Shown: positions 1-16,315, counted from the first letter of the stretch. The stretch is 64,000 bases of DNA from Ginglymostoma cirratum (GCA_024137785.1 JAHRHZ010000274.1:20820086-20884085), one strand, 5' to 3'. Notes: generated from the letters alone by a model not told the origin. Numbers and translations are program-made.

Positions 1-589
1 GCCCCTTGATTACATTTTATTTTTATTGCTCTGGTTCATTCCGTGCCATGCTTGTGTGTTCAATGTAAACTCATAAAAGAGAAGTCTGTTACTTTACAAA
101 GGGATATCACAACTTCAGCATTATTCATAATCGGTGTTTTAAGAAGAAAATGAAACACATGCAGGGCAGAATTGTAACCTGTGAGGTGCTGGGTTGGCTG
201 CAAAATCAAGAGGAAAGGCAGTACACTGTGTTCCCTTTGCTTTCCTAAATGTTCAAATCAAGTCATGGGCAGACAAAGCTGAGGATGGCCTTGTCACTTG
301 GAGGCCAGTGAAACCCTTAACTCAACTCACTCCCAGTGGTATGCAATTGGTGGCTTGGGAAGGAGGCCTATGCCAAATGGGGAGCCTGGCCCATTGCAGG
401 CTTTTGGAGTTGCTGCAGTACCAGCAGTAGACTCTTTTTCCATTGCATTGCTGGAACTAATGAGCTGCTGGCCCTCTAATTGGCCTATAGCTCTTGAGGG
501 CAAGGTCTTCTCCCTTAAAGGTACAGATGCCCCAACAACAGGCCGTTAACTGTCTGATTGACATTTAATCACATCGGGGTTTCCATGTT

Positions 590-720
590 TCAAAAAGAGA
601 CATATTGAACTGAAAATGCTTTCTGTGTTCCTCTCTCCACAGAAGCTGCTGTGTTTCTCCAGCACTTTCTGTTTTTATTTCAGATTTCTAACAGCTGTAG
701 AATTTTGCTTTTATTTGGGG
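590..720 (+). mobile_element. Old Penelope pLTR remnant
   Basis: ctctctccacagaagctgctg...tttctccagcactttctgtttttatttcagatttc, the same family as 19060, 28525 and 59000. Confidence 0.55.
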
Positions 721-3070
721 TGTGGGATTCTATTAACAGTTACAATAGGGTTGCTCACTACTTTCTGCCAAGTGGAGCAAGCCACCATTGTGGTTATTAA
801 ATTCAGCCCAGGATTTGCACGGAATCTCATCATCATAAATGCAAATGCAGATTTTGGAAGCTATTCCCTCTCTGCCCAATCCAAACTTAACTTCTCTCAT
901 CACTGCATCTAACTACATTTTGAGTGAGTCCGGATTTTTTGTTTTACAATCTAGTCGATTGATCCAGGTTTTATTCATTGCTTGCACAAACTATATCGCT
1001 ATATTAGTCCTGAGCTTCTCTTTTACCAGTTTGTATGTACAGGATAAATTTCTGTTTTGGGTGACATGAATCAGTGCATATCAGGGCATCATCTTGACAT
1101 TACGCATGGTTAATGCTGCTTCAATATCATTGTCTGGACAATTATAAGTTTTCCATTGTGACTGTTTGTTCAAGCCTATGCATCTGATTGGGGTTCCTAT
1201 GCATGACAACAGTGATTTAGGGAGCAGTATTGTCGTGCTGGGATAATTATTTTGGGAGAAAATCCCAATTTTAATTGGTTTTGGAAAGTTCAAGCAGGAG
1301 AACAGGTGCAACCAAGAAGATGCTGTTTCATGAGATAGATGGAAGAAGGACCATCTCTGCTACCAAGGGGTATTCTTTCCAGGAGGAAGTACTGCCCCAA
1401 AGTAAATGTCTTCTCCAAAACTGATGCACTAGAAAATAGCAGACTCAAGGAGAAAGTGCTAGAATTTCCTTCTTAGGATCAAGATTTAATTACTCTTTTA
1501 AATGATCTAACGGTCTTACTTTTACAGTAACAGACTCACATCACTCTACATCCACTTGTTCAAAGGTCATTCATGCAATAATTAATTCACCCTTGTGACC
1601 TGGATCAGATTTACACTTTTTTTGCATTGAGAATCTGAGTTGACATTAGATACAGCAAGATCTGATTTGAATCATTAAGCCGCCTTTATAAAGAGTAAAA
1701 TGAAAGCACAAGGCAGTAAGTACAATCGGACTCACTTTGTTCAAGGAGTAGAACTAACCTCCACATAACAGAAATATAATGAGCATGCTTTGTGTGCTAT
1801 ATCAGTCGTCTTGCGTGACTTAGAGAATTCCTTGCAATCTAATTTTTAAACGTGCCTTTTTCCAGGGCCTTTCTGCTTCACCAACTTCTCTACTGACAAG
1901 GCTCAACTGGTGTTTAGGTTTCTGACATTCTGCTTTCTTCCTGGCTGTTCAGTCAGAAAAAGTTCAGAAACTCTCTGAAACAATGGATACGAAGTGCTTT
2001 GCTTAATATTTATAGTCTATAAAAAAAACTTCAAAGCTAGTACCCAAGGTGCCATCTAATGCATCTTTTCTTTAACTACTAACCATGCTTTTGAAACACA
2101 CTTTTAATGTGATTCTGTGATAAAATGATCAAAGGATTTCAAACTTTGACACTAAATGAACATCAAAGAGGTATTGATAATGGACTGAACTCTTAAGCTC
2201 CTCGAGAACTGGAGTTCAATTTTAGAGCTGGAGTCCAACTGTAAGAGTTGTATGTGTTGATAAACTAACTTATTTTCAGTTTGTTCACTGCTGTGTTTTT
2301 CTGTGTAGGCAAACATGGGAATTAGACTACTCAACATTGTACGTAGTCAGTTTGATGTCACAGTAGATCACAACATTAAATTGATCTAATTTGCCAAGAA
2401 AGTGACATTAATATGTGATAAAGGAGTATATTGTTAAAATAGGCTTAATAGATCCAAATTGTGTTCTTAAACAGTATTTAATGGTTGGCAACAGCAAACA
2501 TTCTGTCAATCCAGTAACCATTACTGTATATTAAATGTTGGGTACATTTTATGCTTGATTAGGACCCAGGTGCTTGATTTCTGCACAAAATGACTCTCCG
2601 GGCATGGCAATATTTTATTTGTGCCCTACCTTTCACAATAACAGATCCAGGAATTTTTGGCATTTTTCACAACCTTCCTTATTGCTGGTCCCAATGCAAT
2701 TCTAATTAAAATCTAAGTACAGGCAGCAGGCATAGGAGACACTTGCAGCAATATTGCATAAAACCTTTTCTTGGTGGCATCTTCCATTAGCTGAAAATGC
2801 AATGTGCAGGCCATGACAGAGCCTCCTGGTCAAACAGAGAGGCTTTGTATCATGCCCACAATTTCACAGCAAGCATTAGTGTCCATCTTCTATAATGCCT
2901 TCCCTGGATCCTGGCATTGTAATCTTCATTGTTTCCTTCATTTCACTGTCTTCTCTTTCTCCAAAGCTGTAGGAATATTGGGTGCATGAGGCACCTATGT
3001 ATCCCATCACTTAACTGTGTGAAGAAGTGAAATGAGAACATGCATATCCATGGGTTTTACACAAAGAACT

Positions 3071-3715
3071 TCTTATGGACCAGACCAAACCCCCAAAAAT
3101 ATATTAAGAGGATAGCCTAGACCCTAACTTTTTCTTATTTTAAAGGAAAGTGTAAGGCGCTGAGGTCCAGATGCAATTCGATTGGTCAAACTACTTGACA
3201 TATATCAAAACACACTTTTGTTTTGTACTACAGTTAAGACACAGACAAAATAAAATAAAAGAATTGGCTTAACCGTAATCACACTGAAATGCTTAAAATA
3301 ATATATATACTAACTACTGTACAACTAATTAACTGTTCTAATATAGCAATATTCCATAAACAAAACCTTGGCAAGGGCAAATTCATTACAACTGATTGTC
3401 TCACATGCAATTGTAGCAGGAGGAACAGAACCCCAGCTTTTAGCTCTAACAGGAAGAGAGTAAGAACTTCTATATCCAGCTTCATGATTCCAGCAACTGT
3501 TGCTGAAAGCTAAAACTAAAAATCCTGGATCTGTGGAAACTTGGTCCCACCCATTCAGGCTGCTTTTATTGTTCTAACTTAAAATTAAAACCAAGGCCTC
3601 ACAAGCTTTTTACTTTATTGGCTTTGGAGCAGGCTGCTTACCACCTCTGTCTCAACCATTCTTCATAAAAACCCAAAGGACAAAATACACCTCTTAAAGC
3701 CATAGTATTGTCAAA
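3071..3715 (-). mobile_element. Probable solo LTR
   Basis: About 645 bp with degenerate TG...CA termini (minus strand t[t]tgacaatac...ggtccataa[g]a), flanked by gaact/aaact, a near-perfect 5-bp TSD. Confidence 0.45.
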
Positions 3716-6419
3716 AAACTGATAAGCAGCAGAGAAATTTTCATCTCCTTTCATTGTCCACAAACTCCACCCAACCTACACTAGGTTTCTTCACTTCAAA
3801 CACACACACATGCTTTCAGTGACTTTACAAAATATATTTCTTATGTCTGTGATAGAAGCCGTCATCTTCTACCCTCTTCCTGTTAACTTTATGCTCTTAC
3901 ATATCACCTTTGACCTGCCCAACATCTCTTTGCCCTTCTATTTGTAATCCTTCAATCTCCCACAACACTCCCGGAGCCTAATTAGAAAGTCCACAACCTT
4001 CCTACCCCATCACACCCAGGATGCCAGGCCTTTTCCACTTCACTCCTACATGCCCCAACCACATCTTCAATCCAATCCATCTTCTATTGCTCAAATGGCC
4101 CCAACCATGCCTACATCGCACCCCTGCCTCATCCTTGCTGGTTCCACACCTCTTTGCAAGCTGCTATCTTCCTGCTCCCCTCCTTTGTGCTACAGAGTTT
4201 AACAAAGAAAACCACTGACTTCAGACAAAACTGCATGAAGTTAACTGTTACAGGCCACCTTTAAAGAAATCTGAATGTGATGTCATGTGATTCCTGTGTG
4301 CCATTGACCTAATTTCGGATGTGGAATTTAATTATAAAAGTTTTAATATGCTAAGTAGTTATGGCTTGCAAATACATTACAGGTAGGATTCTAGCAAAAG
4401 ACAGCTTGACCAGCCATTAACACACCACTGACACAGGGCTGAATGTAATTTTTTTTTGGCTGCATGTCAATTCCTTTGAGTTTCATGAATGGTTTCTCTC
4501 CACTAGGCCTAGCAAGATTTCTTGCCCTATTGCTCAAAGCTGCCTCATTAACTATCGCTGTGGCACCCCGTACATTCAAAGCTAGGCCGATTCACCAACT
4601 CACCATGCCCAAAAGAACTTGCCATTGCAATAATAGCCCAGAATACTCTGCACCATCTTTAGAACTCCATTGTGCACCCAAACTAGCAATGTCTGGAGTT
4701 GCCCTGCCCCATTCTGGACAGGGAGTAAGTGCGGCAAGTGCCCTGGAGCGTGCAATGACACCTTGTTGTTGGTGTTGAAGATGGCACTCTGGAAGAGCAA
4801 GCAGTGAGCTGATCCGCCAGAGACCTGCTAAGACTCTTGTGTCAGTAATTCTTGTCATCTAATTTCCTCACAAGGTGTGGTAGGATAGAAGGATGCATTT
4901 TAATGAGGCAAAATCTGCAATTAATGAGGTCGACAACTTTCAATAATCCCGTTTTAATAAGCCTTTTGCCGTTATCTTGGAAAAATCTCATCTTAAGGCT
5001 GTTTGGAAAATGCAGCTAGTTGCTCCTGACATTGAGAAAAGCCTCGCTGGACTTCTGATGTGACTCTCTCAGATTTCTCACCATAGCCCACATTGTTCAA
5101 GGCTCTATACCATTCCTCTCTTAATCTTTGCATCTTAACCCACTAATGGGAAACTGGAAGTTTGGATTCCGCCTCATTAAGCCATTTACCTGCATTTGCA
5201 GGCTCCATAAAAGTCTCCTGTCCCCACTGTCTTCTACCATTAAGTTCTGCCAATATACTTACCAAATCATAATTGTATACAACATTGCTCTTGACTTAGC
5301 AAACCAATCATAGATTATGTTAATGGAAGCTGCTATGGCAATATCAGACAGAAAGACTGAACAGCATGCAGGTGTTTGAAACACCAGGTCAATAGCATAC
5401 AAAACAACAACAGCTACATGCCACTATAAGATGGGGTAGGCACTCAATCATGAGTGTTTGGATGCATGCTTCTCTGCAAGTCCCTGGGTGCAGGCAACAG
5501 CTACAACTGATTTCAAACCAGGGTCAAAGTGACCAAACAAAAAGTAATAATCTGCAGAAGACACATATCAAATGTGTCACCTAGAAAGGGCAATCCCAAA
5601 TTACTTACTTCAACTGGGTGCTAATATTAGGGTTCAAAGCCAGCTGAATGGATCAAACTGCATATATGCACTGCTGTTTGGTTAACTGATACAGCAACAC
5701 CTGTTGCTACCCAAGTTAACTCTGAGGCATTCTAGTTCAGTGTTACTTAGTTTATTCACAGGAAGTTACACAATCAGGATCTTACATCAAATAGGACACT
5801 AGCTGCAGGTACTTTTATGTTTGAATACTAATGGACTCTAATAGCAGTTACCAAACTAAATACTTAATTAATACTGACCACCATACCCTCCCCATTCCAT
5901 ACTCCTTTATTGATTGGTGCCACAAACTATTATATGTTCAAATGATTATCATGTTCTAATAAAATCTTCAGGAATCTAATGAAAAACATTTGCATCCTGC
6001 ATATTTTGAAAAACGAAAAACAATACTTCTAAAGAAAGTGTATATTATTGACAAATCAGTTTCACAAGTACAAGATTAATGTCTCAAATGTAAAATCACC
6101 TTGAAAGAGGAATATTTTAAAAAGACTAGATGAGTTCTTTCTTTTTTTCTCATCCCAGCCCCATTCAATTGTAAGGAGAACAATCAGATTGCCTTACCCC
6201 TCAAGCGAGTTTACACTACTCAAATACTAACCCTGTTCTGTTCCAAAGCTCCTGTCTGATGGGGTGAGATTTTAATGGTGAAATTCCAGTCTACACTCTA
6301 TTCTGAGTTATCCAGTCATAGCCAAAGAATCAATTGCATTGACTTCTCTTCCTGCACAGTCGACAGAGTGACCTCTGATACCCTTTGAAAGTCTGTCCTT
6401 GGCTACTTAGCAGCTTGAT

Positions 6420-7250
6420 CAAAAGTACGCTAGGTTCCACGTGTATACTGATGACACTCAGCTCTATCTTATAACTCTCCTGGTCCCTCCACTTTCCCTT
6501 AACTTCTCACTCTGCTTCTCTGAGAGTGAGTACTGGGTGTACAGAAATTTCCTTCAACTGAATATTGGGAAGTCCAAAGACATTGACTCTGGTCCCCACC
6601 ACAAAAAATCTGATCTCCAGCAATCGATCCCAACTCCCTTCTGTTCCTGAACCAGATGGCTTTCAACTTTGCTGTTATATTTAACCGTGAAGTGAGGTTC
6701 CAACCACCATACCCACGGCTGCCTCAGTTCATGAGCTGCTCAAACCCAAGACACTGTTATCTCTAGATTTACCCATTTTATTGTACTTCTGACAGCCTTC
6801 CGTCTTCCATAAACTGAAGATCATCCAAAACTCTATAACCCATATCTAAACTCATACAATGTTCCTTTGTCTTATAATGGTACTCAGTAAAGCCACTCTG
6901 CAATATTAAAATTCTAATTTTTACTCAAGTCTTTCCACATCCTCATCCTGCCTACCTCTATAACTTCCTCCAGCTCTACGATCATTTAGACATTTGCATT
7001 CCTCTAATTCTTGCCTCCTAAGCATTTCTAATTTGAACTGCTTTACTATACATTGCTGTGCCTTCAGTTGCTGACACCTCAAGCTCTGGAATTCCCTTCC
7101 TAAACATCTTCACTTTTCTACTTTTTTTTTCTCCTTAATAAAACTTGTTGATCACTTGTTGTAATATTTCCTTAAATTGCTGATGTCATATTTTGATTAA
7201 AAATTCCCACGGCAAACTTTGCTACATTGAAGTGCTACTTAAGTGCAAAA
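6420..7250 (+). mobile_element. L2-type LINE 3' fragment
   Basis: ORF remnant YTDDTQLYL...FLQLNIGKSK (L2 RT YADDTQLY motif) followed by degenerate C-terminal and 3' UTR sequence. Confidence 0.75.
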
Positions 7251-10200
7251 AGCTGCTGTTCATGAAAACATAGATGCAAGAGTAACATTTCTATCACGAC
7301 AGCTTAATTGTTAAAATAAAGAATGATAAGAATACTCTCTATTCCCCCTTCCACTAAACGCTCCTAAAGTGCAACCATATGAGGTTTTCAAAACAAACGA
7401 GTAGGAATCAGAGTTGCACAGTATTCCACTTTTTTTTATTAAATCTGTTAAAAACTTGCTAATTAAAACATGATTTACAGATAATTGGTAGTCTTACTAC
7501 ATTTTCTACCAGCATGAACTATTTCTGAGGCCAAACGGGTTCTTACTATCCCACAGTTCCCTGTGCTCAGGATCTGAAATGTTACTTCTGACTGGACACA
7601 TCAATACGTCTGAAACATGATCGATATGTTCTGAATCAGTAACCTGATCTAGTACATGGAGTACCTGATGCAAAGCCAGCAGCTGCTCCTGCCATTTACT
7701 GCAGCAAAGCCACGTGATTTAGTGTTTAACAATCCACAGTAGTTATCAATTTTACAAATCCAAAATAAGCTGAGTAGAGATCTAGGCAAAGATCCTTCGA
7801 AAAAGAATGGCTGCGTGGAGCTTAAGTAACTTAAAACTTAAAGCATGAACCCAGTGCAGAAAATTAAAGAGAAAGACAGCAATTCATTTCATCTGTTATT
7901 GTTCGTGAATATAGCTCGAGTGAGAGCCAATAAATCTGAGAATATTCTGTGAATGCATTCAGCGACATAATCAAATATCGCAAATAATCAACACCTCTTT
8001 GCATGCAATATACCTGCAGTGCTTGGGTTTCCTTTAACTTCTACATAAATTATATCATTCACAGTTATAATTTACCGTGATTTGTCAAAAAAGAAATCAA
8101 TGGTCCAGAATTTACTGCCAGAATAACATTAAAGCTAATGGCACTCATCATTATTTATGTCCAAATGTGACAGCAAATTCAGCCAAAGGGCAGATACATG
8201 GGTAAACTTGAACACACAGAAGTTGCTGCCCAAGTTACACTGCTTCGTGGAAATAACATTTTACTGTCTGCCTCATCATCGAGGTGTACTATGGTGTTTA
8301 AGCAATGGATGGGAACTGAACTTGTGCCACAAAATTAAGTCTCGCCTATTTCAGTCTAAGTACACTCTTCATGATGTGATAATTTTTAGTTATTGTCAGT
8401 CAAACACGGGCAAAAAGAAATTAAGTTTATAGATGTGGAGTCTCATTCTCTCAGGTTTTAATTTTTGTTTGAGATTTTTGAAACCTTTGCTTTTCCTTTC
8501 GCTCTTCTCTCTTAATCCAAATTTTTATTTTCTCTTTTTGTATCTCAGTTAGCATTGAATTCACCCACTTTAACTTACACATGATTTCCCAGTCTTGCAC
8601 TGTTCATTTCTTACTTCTTCAATCTAATTGGTTAAGGAGACGTACAATCTTTTACTTTGTGCATTCAGATCTGAGTTAGCCCTGTTTGTCTCACTGAAAG
8701 CTCACACTTGCAGCAACTTGCCATACAAAATATTTAAAAACCAAAACATTCACAGGTAAGACAAATTATCTGCAGAACATTAAATGCTCTGCTGCAGCAA
8801 AAAATGAGCCAACATCTATTTAAAGTATTTAGACTAATTTTTTTTTTACAAAAAGCAATCTAGTCCTCCACATTTGGACCTTTGGGTTGTGAAAACTGAA
8901 CATGTTCAAGATTTCCATTCTGCTGAAAAATTGTCCCTTCATCTTTCCTAGGGTGGCTTCCAAAGCTCAAAATCCCCATGTATAAGAAATCATATCCTGG
9001 CACTTACCTTCACAAAGTACTTTGTACTGTATTTGACATAAAAATATCCTCTTACATCAGCAGATATAATTTGAATCTCATTTGAAATCAAGTCCATAAG
9101 TGTGAACACAACTTTAAAGCTAGCTCCTAACTATTTTTTAACATGCACCACATTTGTAACATTTCAGCTTTCGGATGTGTTGCTCGGTCCCTGGTGCCAA
9201 TTAAATATATATGTTTTGTAAACATATTCTTGCCTCAGCATTGTATCTCTGCCAACACATTCATGTTCTGTTTTTAAACGGAACACTGATTAGACTTTCC
9301 TATCCCTGAAGCAGCTCAGCCTGGCAACTAAGATGCTCTGTGTTAAGCCTTAACCATCTACACAAATCTTACATTTGTCTGTTTGAATATTTTATTGAAT
9401 TGCCCTAAAATTGCCAAGTGCAATCATTCACTTACACAAATTTCACTCATCAACTACCAAGTATAGTATTTAGGAACTTGGTGATGTCATTTAGACTGAG
9501 GTATATGGGTCAGCTCTGTTACTCCACAAAGAAAACCTCTGCTTAGCAAAATGGGCAACAGCACTGCAGATCTGACAGCTATGCCTTCCTGCCCAATGGT
9601 GGTTGCTTAACAGCAAGGAGCATGATCGCCAAAATTAGAACTAAGGTGCCTGGCAAGTTTTGGTTGATTTCAGCAGTTCAGTGGTACTGCCAGTGAACTA
9701 TCTACAGCTGTAGGATCAAGTCCCAGGATGGTGTGACACACAAATCCATTGCTCGAGTTGTGAATGAGTTATATAAGCTCTCACCAAATCTACTAGTGTG
9801 AAAGCTTATGGCAGGATCCCATACTGGGGAAGTTAAAACTGACATAGTTGGCTGGCCACTCTGCAAACACTGTGGATTCCAGAGACAAGGCTATCCTCAT
9901 TTCCAAGCTGTGGGAGGTTGCAGGAAAATTAGCTGATCCTGCAAAGGAAGTATTAAAAAGAAAAGAGTGAGCGAATTTAAGATTAGAATATAACAAAATT
10001 GAAACATACCCTCAACTCCAGAACCTGCCAGGTATTTGCCTCAGTCAAAATGTTTAACTTGCTTTGAGGAACTGCAGGTGCAGATTAACACTTCTTATTC
10101 TAGGATTGTGTCCAATCTTTTGCTCCAGCGAAAAGAAAGTTTAATTTGCCAATGCAATTTAACTCCTCTGGAAGCATTCCTCAGTCTAGAGATTAACTGT

Positions 10201-13200
10201 CATCCTGTGGCTGGCATGTTGGAACGAGCCAGTAATATTTGTGATATTCATTTTAATGGAGACTCAGTCACACACAAAGGGAAATTCATAAAATTAACTA
10301 TGGGATTGAAATGGTTCAAAACAAGTTTCAAAATTGCAACTCTTGTCACAAAATTACATCTCTGAAATGGGATAGCTGTATTTTCCCTATTTTGACCATA
10401 GTATAAATTAAACGTTTCTCCGAAGATGATTTTTTTTTATTTTGTAGAGTCAAGAGGAGGGAGAAATAAATGAATTAATAACAATGAATTTATGTTAGAC
10501 TGTTTTAGATGAAAGTGAGAAATATGGCTATTTCTTTGCAAACAAATATCAGAAAAATCAAAGTATTTTCTTTTGTGTCTTTTTAAACAACTGAAAAATG
10601 ATCTCAATAATCAATAAATATTGCTGGGTGAAGACATGATATTGCCTTTAGAATTCTGTAGTTTAAACAGAAGGGTATATGTCAAATACTGTGAGGACAG
10701 ACATCTAAAGAGGATAAAGTTAATCCCTTGAGTCCTTACCTATGACTCTTGTAAGTTGTACTTTACAACTAAATATTTTAGCTGTCTAATGATGTCAAAT
10801 TAGGAAGCTGTGCTTTCATATTCCAACTGCCAATTTGGTTCTAAACATTGTATTAGTGCATGTAAAGTCCAGTGTGAAGAAAACTACAACTGGATAACTA
10901 CTAACGTAGACTGTAAATTATCTGCAAGGACAGGCTAATTAAAATTATTAAGCTTTTGAATTGTGAGGAATAAAATGACCTGATTTTAAAAGTTTTGACA
11001 TCACTGAATTACCTGACTAACATAGACAAGAGGTAAACAACAAAAACTGACTCTAACAATATAAACTTAAAGCTAAGTTATAGCCACCTTAATGTCAAGA
11101 TAACTGATGTTTTTGAAACATAAATACTATCATGACATTAGTTAAAAGTTTTTCAAAGACAAATATTTTACTTGTACACTTTTTAGAAAACCATGGCTAT
11201 TGCATGCCCCTATATCATTTGTGAATATTCTGCTCATTTCCTTCCTACCTCTATGTAGCATATGGGACAAAGCATGCCAAAAACAAGACTCACTACTTTG
11301 TTTTGAACAATTCATTTTAAACTCTGAATAGTGTCAATTTAATTGATTTTTGTTTTCTTGAAACTAATCTACAAACAAATGCAACAATAAGATTTTCAGT
11401 TTGGGGCTATTATCTTAAATGGACCCCTAAGATTGAGGTTGAATAATGTATTGCTCTTAATATATTGGAAAATGCAAGTCCTGGAACTTTGACAGTTTCT
11501 GCAGCCACAAATTCTGCAGCCATCACAATTTGATCGGATGCAACAGCATTTCCAATCTGAAGATTCTGCTAGTGTAGCATTGCGAAAAAACGGCTGAGTT
11601 AAAGAAGACGTATGAGTATAGAACAGCTTGTGACAATCATTCATTAGTGGGCATAAAGAAGGCCTGTCTATACAGGTCAGCATGATGAAAATCTAGAAAA
11701 TGTTTAACATAAATGACTAATCCAAACTCAGCCTAACACTGATGCGTATCTTTTAGTTAGTTTACTCATCGTTTCGCAAGTAAACTTGAAATAGAGGGTG
11801 ACAAAAAAAACTGTCCAAGGAAAGGCTTCTGATTTTCATTTAGATAAAGATGCTGAAGGCAGGATGCTCAGTAACAGAGCATCTAACACTTTAACTCTGC
11901 TGCTGCTCTTGTGGGTTTGCACACTGCAAATCAGTCACTAATTTTGAGCATGAAGCCAGAGGACTGTCGATAAAAACAATCTGAAACCTTTGATGATACA
12001 CGAGTAAAGTTGCACAATGACAGCTAAGGCATATTGATGGTGAAGTCCTGTCAGTGGCAATGCACTGAAGGGAAACTCCAGCAACATTATTAAAATAGGT
12101 ATTGATTGATTGTCACTTACTAGCCAATGTTACACTATCATCACAATGCTACTGAAAGGAGAAAATGTGGCCAGCCTTCCTTTGAAATCAAATACTTTCC
12201 AAAATGTCACAGAAATTGATGAAATATATAAGCATTTCTACTGTACCCTATATGTGTTGAAGGGACTGAGAAAACTGATTTCCTGAAACACTGTGTAGGA
12301 GTAGAGACTCCTCTTTGATGCAGCTCAATTACATCATTCCTAATGAAATGACATGTTAATCACACACCAAGAACCAAACTCTTCCATTATGAAGATTTAA
12401 AAATAGATCAATTCTCCTTGAAGAGTTTGCTTTGTGCTGTTTTAAATTCAACGCAACAGAATTTAGTAATAAGATTTTGCAAAACAACTTTTGGATTATC
12501 AGGAGCTTCCTTGATTACGATTCACAACTGATGTGTTATGTAGATTCTCATTCAAAATGGCCTGTAGTTTCTGCTCCTATAAAGTCTTGTCATAACATTT
12601 TTCTAAAAATATTAATTCACCCTTAAGTGTTATTTTCAGAAACAAGCAGGGACTTTGTGGTTACATCTCTGCCACAGGAAGTGATGGGCTTGTGCCCAAT
12701 TCTAGACAAATGGAGACGAGAGTTCTGATTGCTGAGTACCGAACTGGCATCCTGAGCAATAGAACTGAAGTACTTACTCCCTATCATGACTCCAGCAGGC
12801 AGGAGACCAATGTTTCAGCCTCTAAATGCTCGGCAGACACCTAGTGAGCATTTATGACAAAAAGGGCATGCAGTGTTGGTATCACCGTCACAACACAGCT
12901 GTTTGCTCAATCAAGTTATCTATTTCTTATAAATGGGTGTCATTACAGAAGGATCCCAGAGTCTGATCTGCTAGATTCAAAAACAGTGGAAGCAACAGAC
13001 TACCTCATGTGCAATGAAGTGCTTAAAAGATGAGGGGGGATAATATTTCTGTCATTTCCTGGACCATTGCAATGCCTTCCCATATTGAAATGCTTCCTTC
13101 TCATTTCTTCTTTTATTCTAATGATAAAAAAAATGCATTGGCCTGGTTACGCATGCCCTCTCTCCCATCGCTATAATACCCTCTCTATCTTGTCAATTTA

Positions 13201-14943
13201 TAAATCTCTTTAGAAACATAGGAGTGTTATTTAGCCTTTACAACAGATACCTAAACTATTATTTTACACTTCCAAAATTTTCCCAATTCTAAATGATTAC
13301 TTGAAATGTAAAATCATCAAAGTTATATAGTTACAACTACAATAAATTATGCTAAACGTCTTGTAAAGGAATAAACTATCTTGCTACTGAATTGCAAAAC
13401 TCATTCACCTACATTGAAGTCCATTAGTAATCAGCATGTTTATTTTTTGTTACACTGTTGTCTACTCTGTACAGATCTTTAAATAATCCAAAAGCAAATA
13501 CAGACAAATCCTCAAACAAGATATGCCAAGGAACAGCCTGTTGCTAGCAAATGACTTGAAATGTGAGTCATTGCTAGTGAGATTTGTGAATTTCTACAGG
13601 GTCACACCTCAAATGAAAAATTCTTTAAGAACAATAGATAATACTTCTTAATCCCTTGCAATATGAAATCACAATATCCATTGCCTTTCCAATGAAGAGA
13701 AATGAAATAATACTGTGCAGGGAATGGCAAGAGAATATTACAATCTTTCCTATTTTATGTGGTGATCCAGCACAGCATTTATGCACTGCAATCTGAGTAA
13801 GAATACTCTTATTCAGCCTTGGTAGACTTCTTGTCCTCAGTATTGCTATTGAAAACATATTAGATTAGCAGTATGATACCAACAAGGTATGAATTTGGTT
13901 AGTCCAGAAGCATATGTAAACAAGGAGGTGTCCTTTCCAACTCAGATCAGAATGGAAAGTCATCTTGCAATGTAAATGGGGCTTTTGATAAGCTGATACG
14001 TGAACAAAATGAATGTTGTCTCTTTAACCTCTGAACTAGAAATGCACTTCACTTGCAGAACTGAGAAGCTCTTATTTGCATCCAGTTAAGTCGGTCCCTC
14101 AGGAATCAGGGAGGCTGATTGCACAAGAACATGAAGTTCCAGGAAAGCAAACCTTAATTTACACATTAAGAAAATCAAACTTTATGTTTCAACACTAGAT
14201 AAAGGCATTAAAATCATCATGCTATAAACTCCCACTGTCAATATTAGCAGATTTAATGCATCTCAACTCATGATAGTAGATATTGACTGGTTTATTTTAA
14301 ACGGGTTAACACTTTGGCTGAAACAGCAAAGGAATACACATTAACCTGCATATTACATTTTAGTTTACTTATATCAGTAAAACTCTTATGTTAAAGTGGG
14401 TTCCCTTAATTATGTAGCACATATGGTTTCATAGATCATTTGTAATCTAACAATTTTTGACAGTAATCTGGTTTAACAACTACGTAATTCTTCAAGTTAT
14501 GAGAATCTGTTAATTATGCCTTATATTTGTTCTCATAAGATTGTTTGCTCATCGGATTTTGAAAAATTACTTGACCAACTTTGACAGTTTAAAGATACAT
14601 TGTTGGGCTTGGATTAAAATAGTTTTAATTAACTGACTTGTAAAATTGAAAATGTAGCACCTAAGACAATATTTTATTATAAAAAGTAAGCATTTCTCAA
14701 TCAAGCTCTTCACAGTTTCAGATAATGTGCTTCCAAATGAATGACGTTTACTAAAACTTGGCAATGGACCCTTGTCAGTTTCACTTTGCCTGCAGTCCCA
14801 CAGGCCGAAAACAATATAATGTAGGTAATCACTTAGCGACAATCGTCTTTTTGAAAAAGCATAAAATCATTGCAAACCATTCACAGTTACAGTGGTGCTA
14901 TGGAGGATAAAAGGCACAAGTTAAACAGCTGATCATGATGTCA

Positions 14944-15501
<558 letters not shown>

Positions 15502-15984
15502 TCAGAAGTAGTGATTAATACATTTGGGCATCCTTCTCATACCTTATGTTCTTAGATTATAACAATAAAATTCCCAGGTCTCCCACATACTTGTCAGTTA
15601 TAACAGCAATAGGCTGTCACAAATATTTACATGTATTTTACAAATATATTTTCATGGGAATATATGGATTTTAAGTGAGAGGCTTTCTCACCCATCTTTT
15701 GTATTGATTCCAGCTATAAGACAAGTTGTTTTCTTATTAAACAAATCTTAACTAACTTTACATCTGAATATAGAAGCTATATGTTGTATGAACTTTAATC
15801 AGCTTTCCTCAGCTTTGATCTCTTTCAGAAATAGAACTTCTAATTTATAGGGACTTGCGGCCATTTTCCTAATGTTCGGTTTCTGTCACTTTTCAAAATT
15901 GTTGATTAACAGAATTGATAGAATACACTAGAACTGGAAACACATTTCCAGCCAAATATCCACATCCTCCACCCCACTGTAACA

Positions 15985-16315
15985 GCGTCTGTACTATTTC
16001 CAAAAATTCATCAACGCGCCTTCAACATCTCCGAAACCCATGAACCCTACCATGTAGAAGGACAAGGGCAGCAGATATGTGGGAACACCACCATTTACGT
16101 AATCCTCTCCAAGCTACACACCATCCTGACTTGGAACTATATCGTCGTTCCTTCACTGTCACTGGGTCAAAATCCGGGAACTTCCGCACCAACAGCAAAT
16201 GGATTGCAGTAGTTCATTAGAAAGCAGATCACCACCACTTTCACAACGATAGTTAGGGTTGGACATTAAATAGTGGCACAGCCAGCAAAGCCTACATTCC
16301 CTGAATGAATAAATA
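15985..16315 (+). mobile_element. 3' end fragment of the LINE family seen at 21870-24960
   Basis: agaaggacaagggcagcagatatgtgggaacaccacc...ccatcctgacttggaactatatcg matches 24820-24900 and 40915-40990. Confidence 0.7.

Noticed and set aside
9001-9040. Strong minus-strand donor GAAG|gtaagtg as a possible NFI exon 3
   Set aside because: No convincing acceptor or NFI-like peptide upstream. Exon 3 probably lies beyond the left edge of the window.
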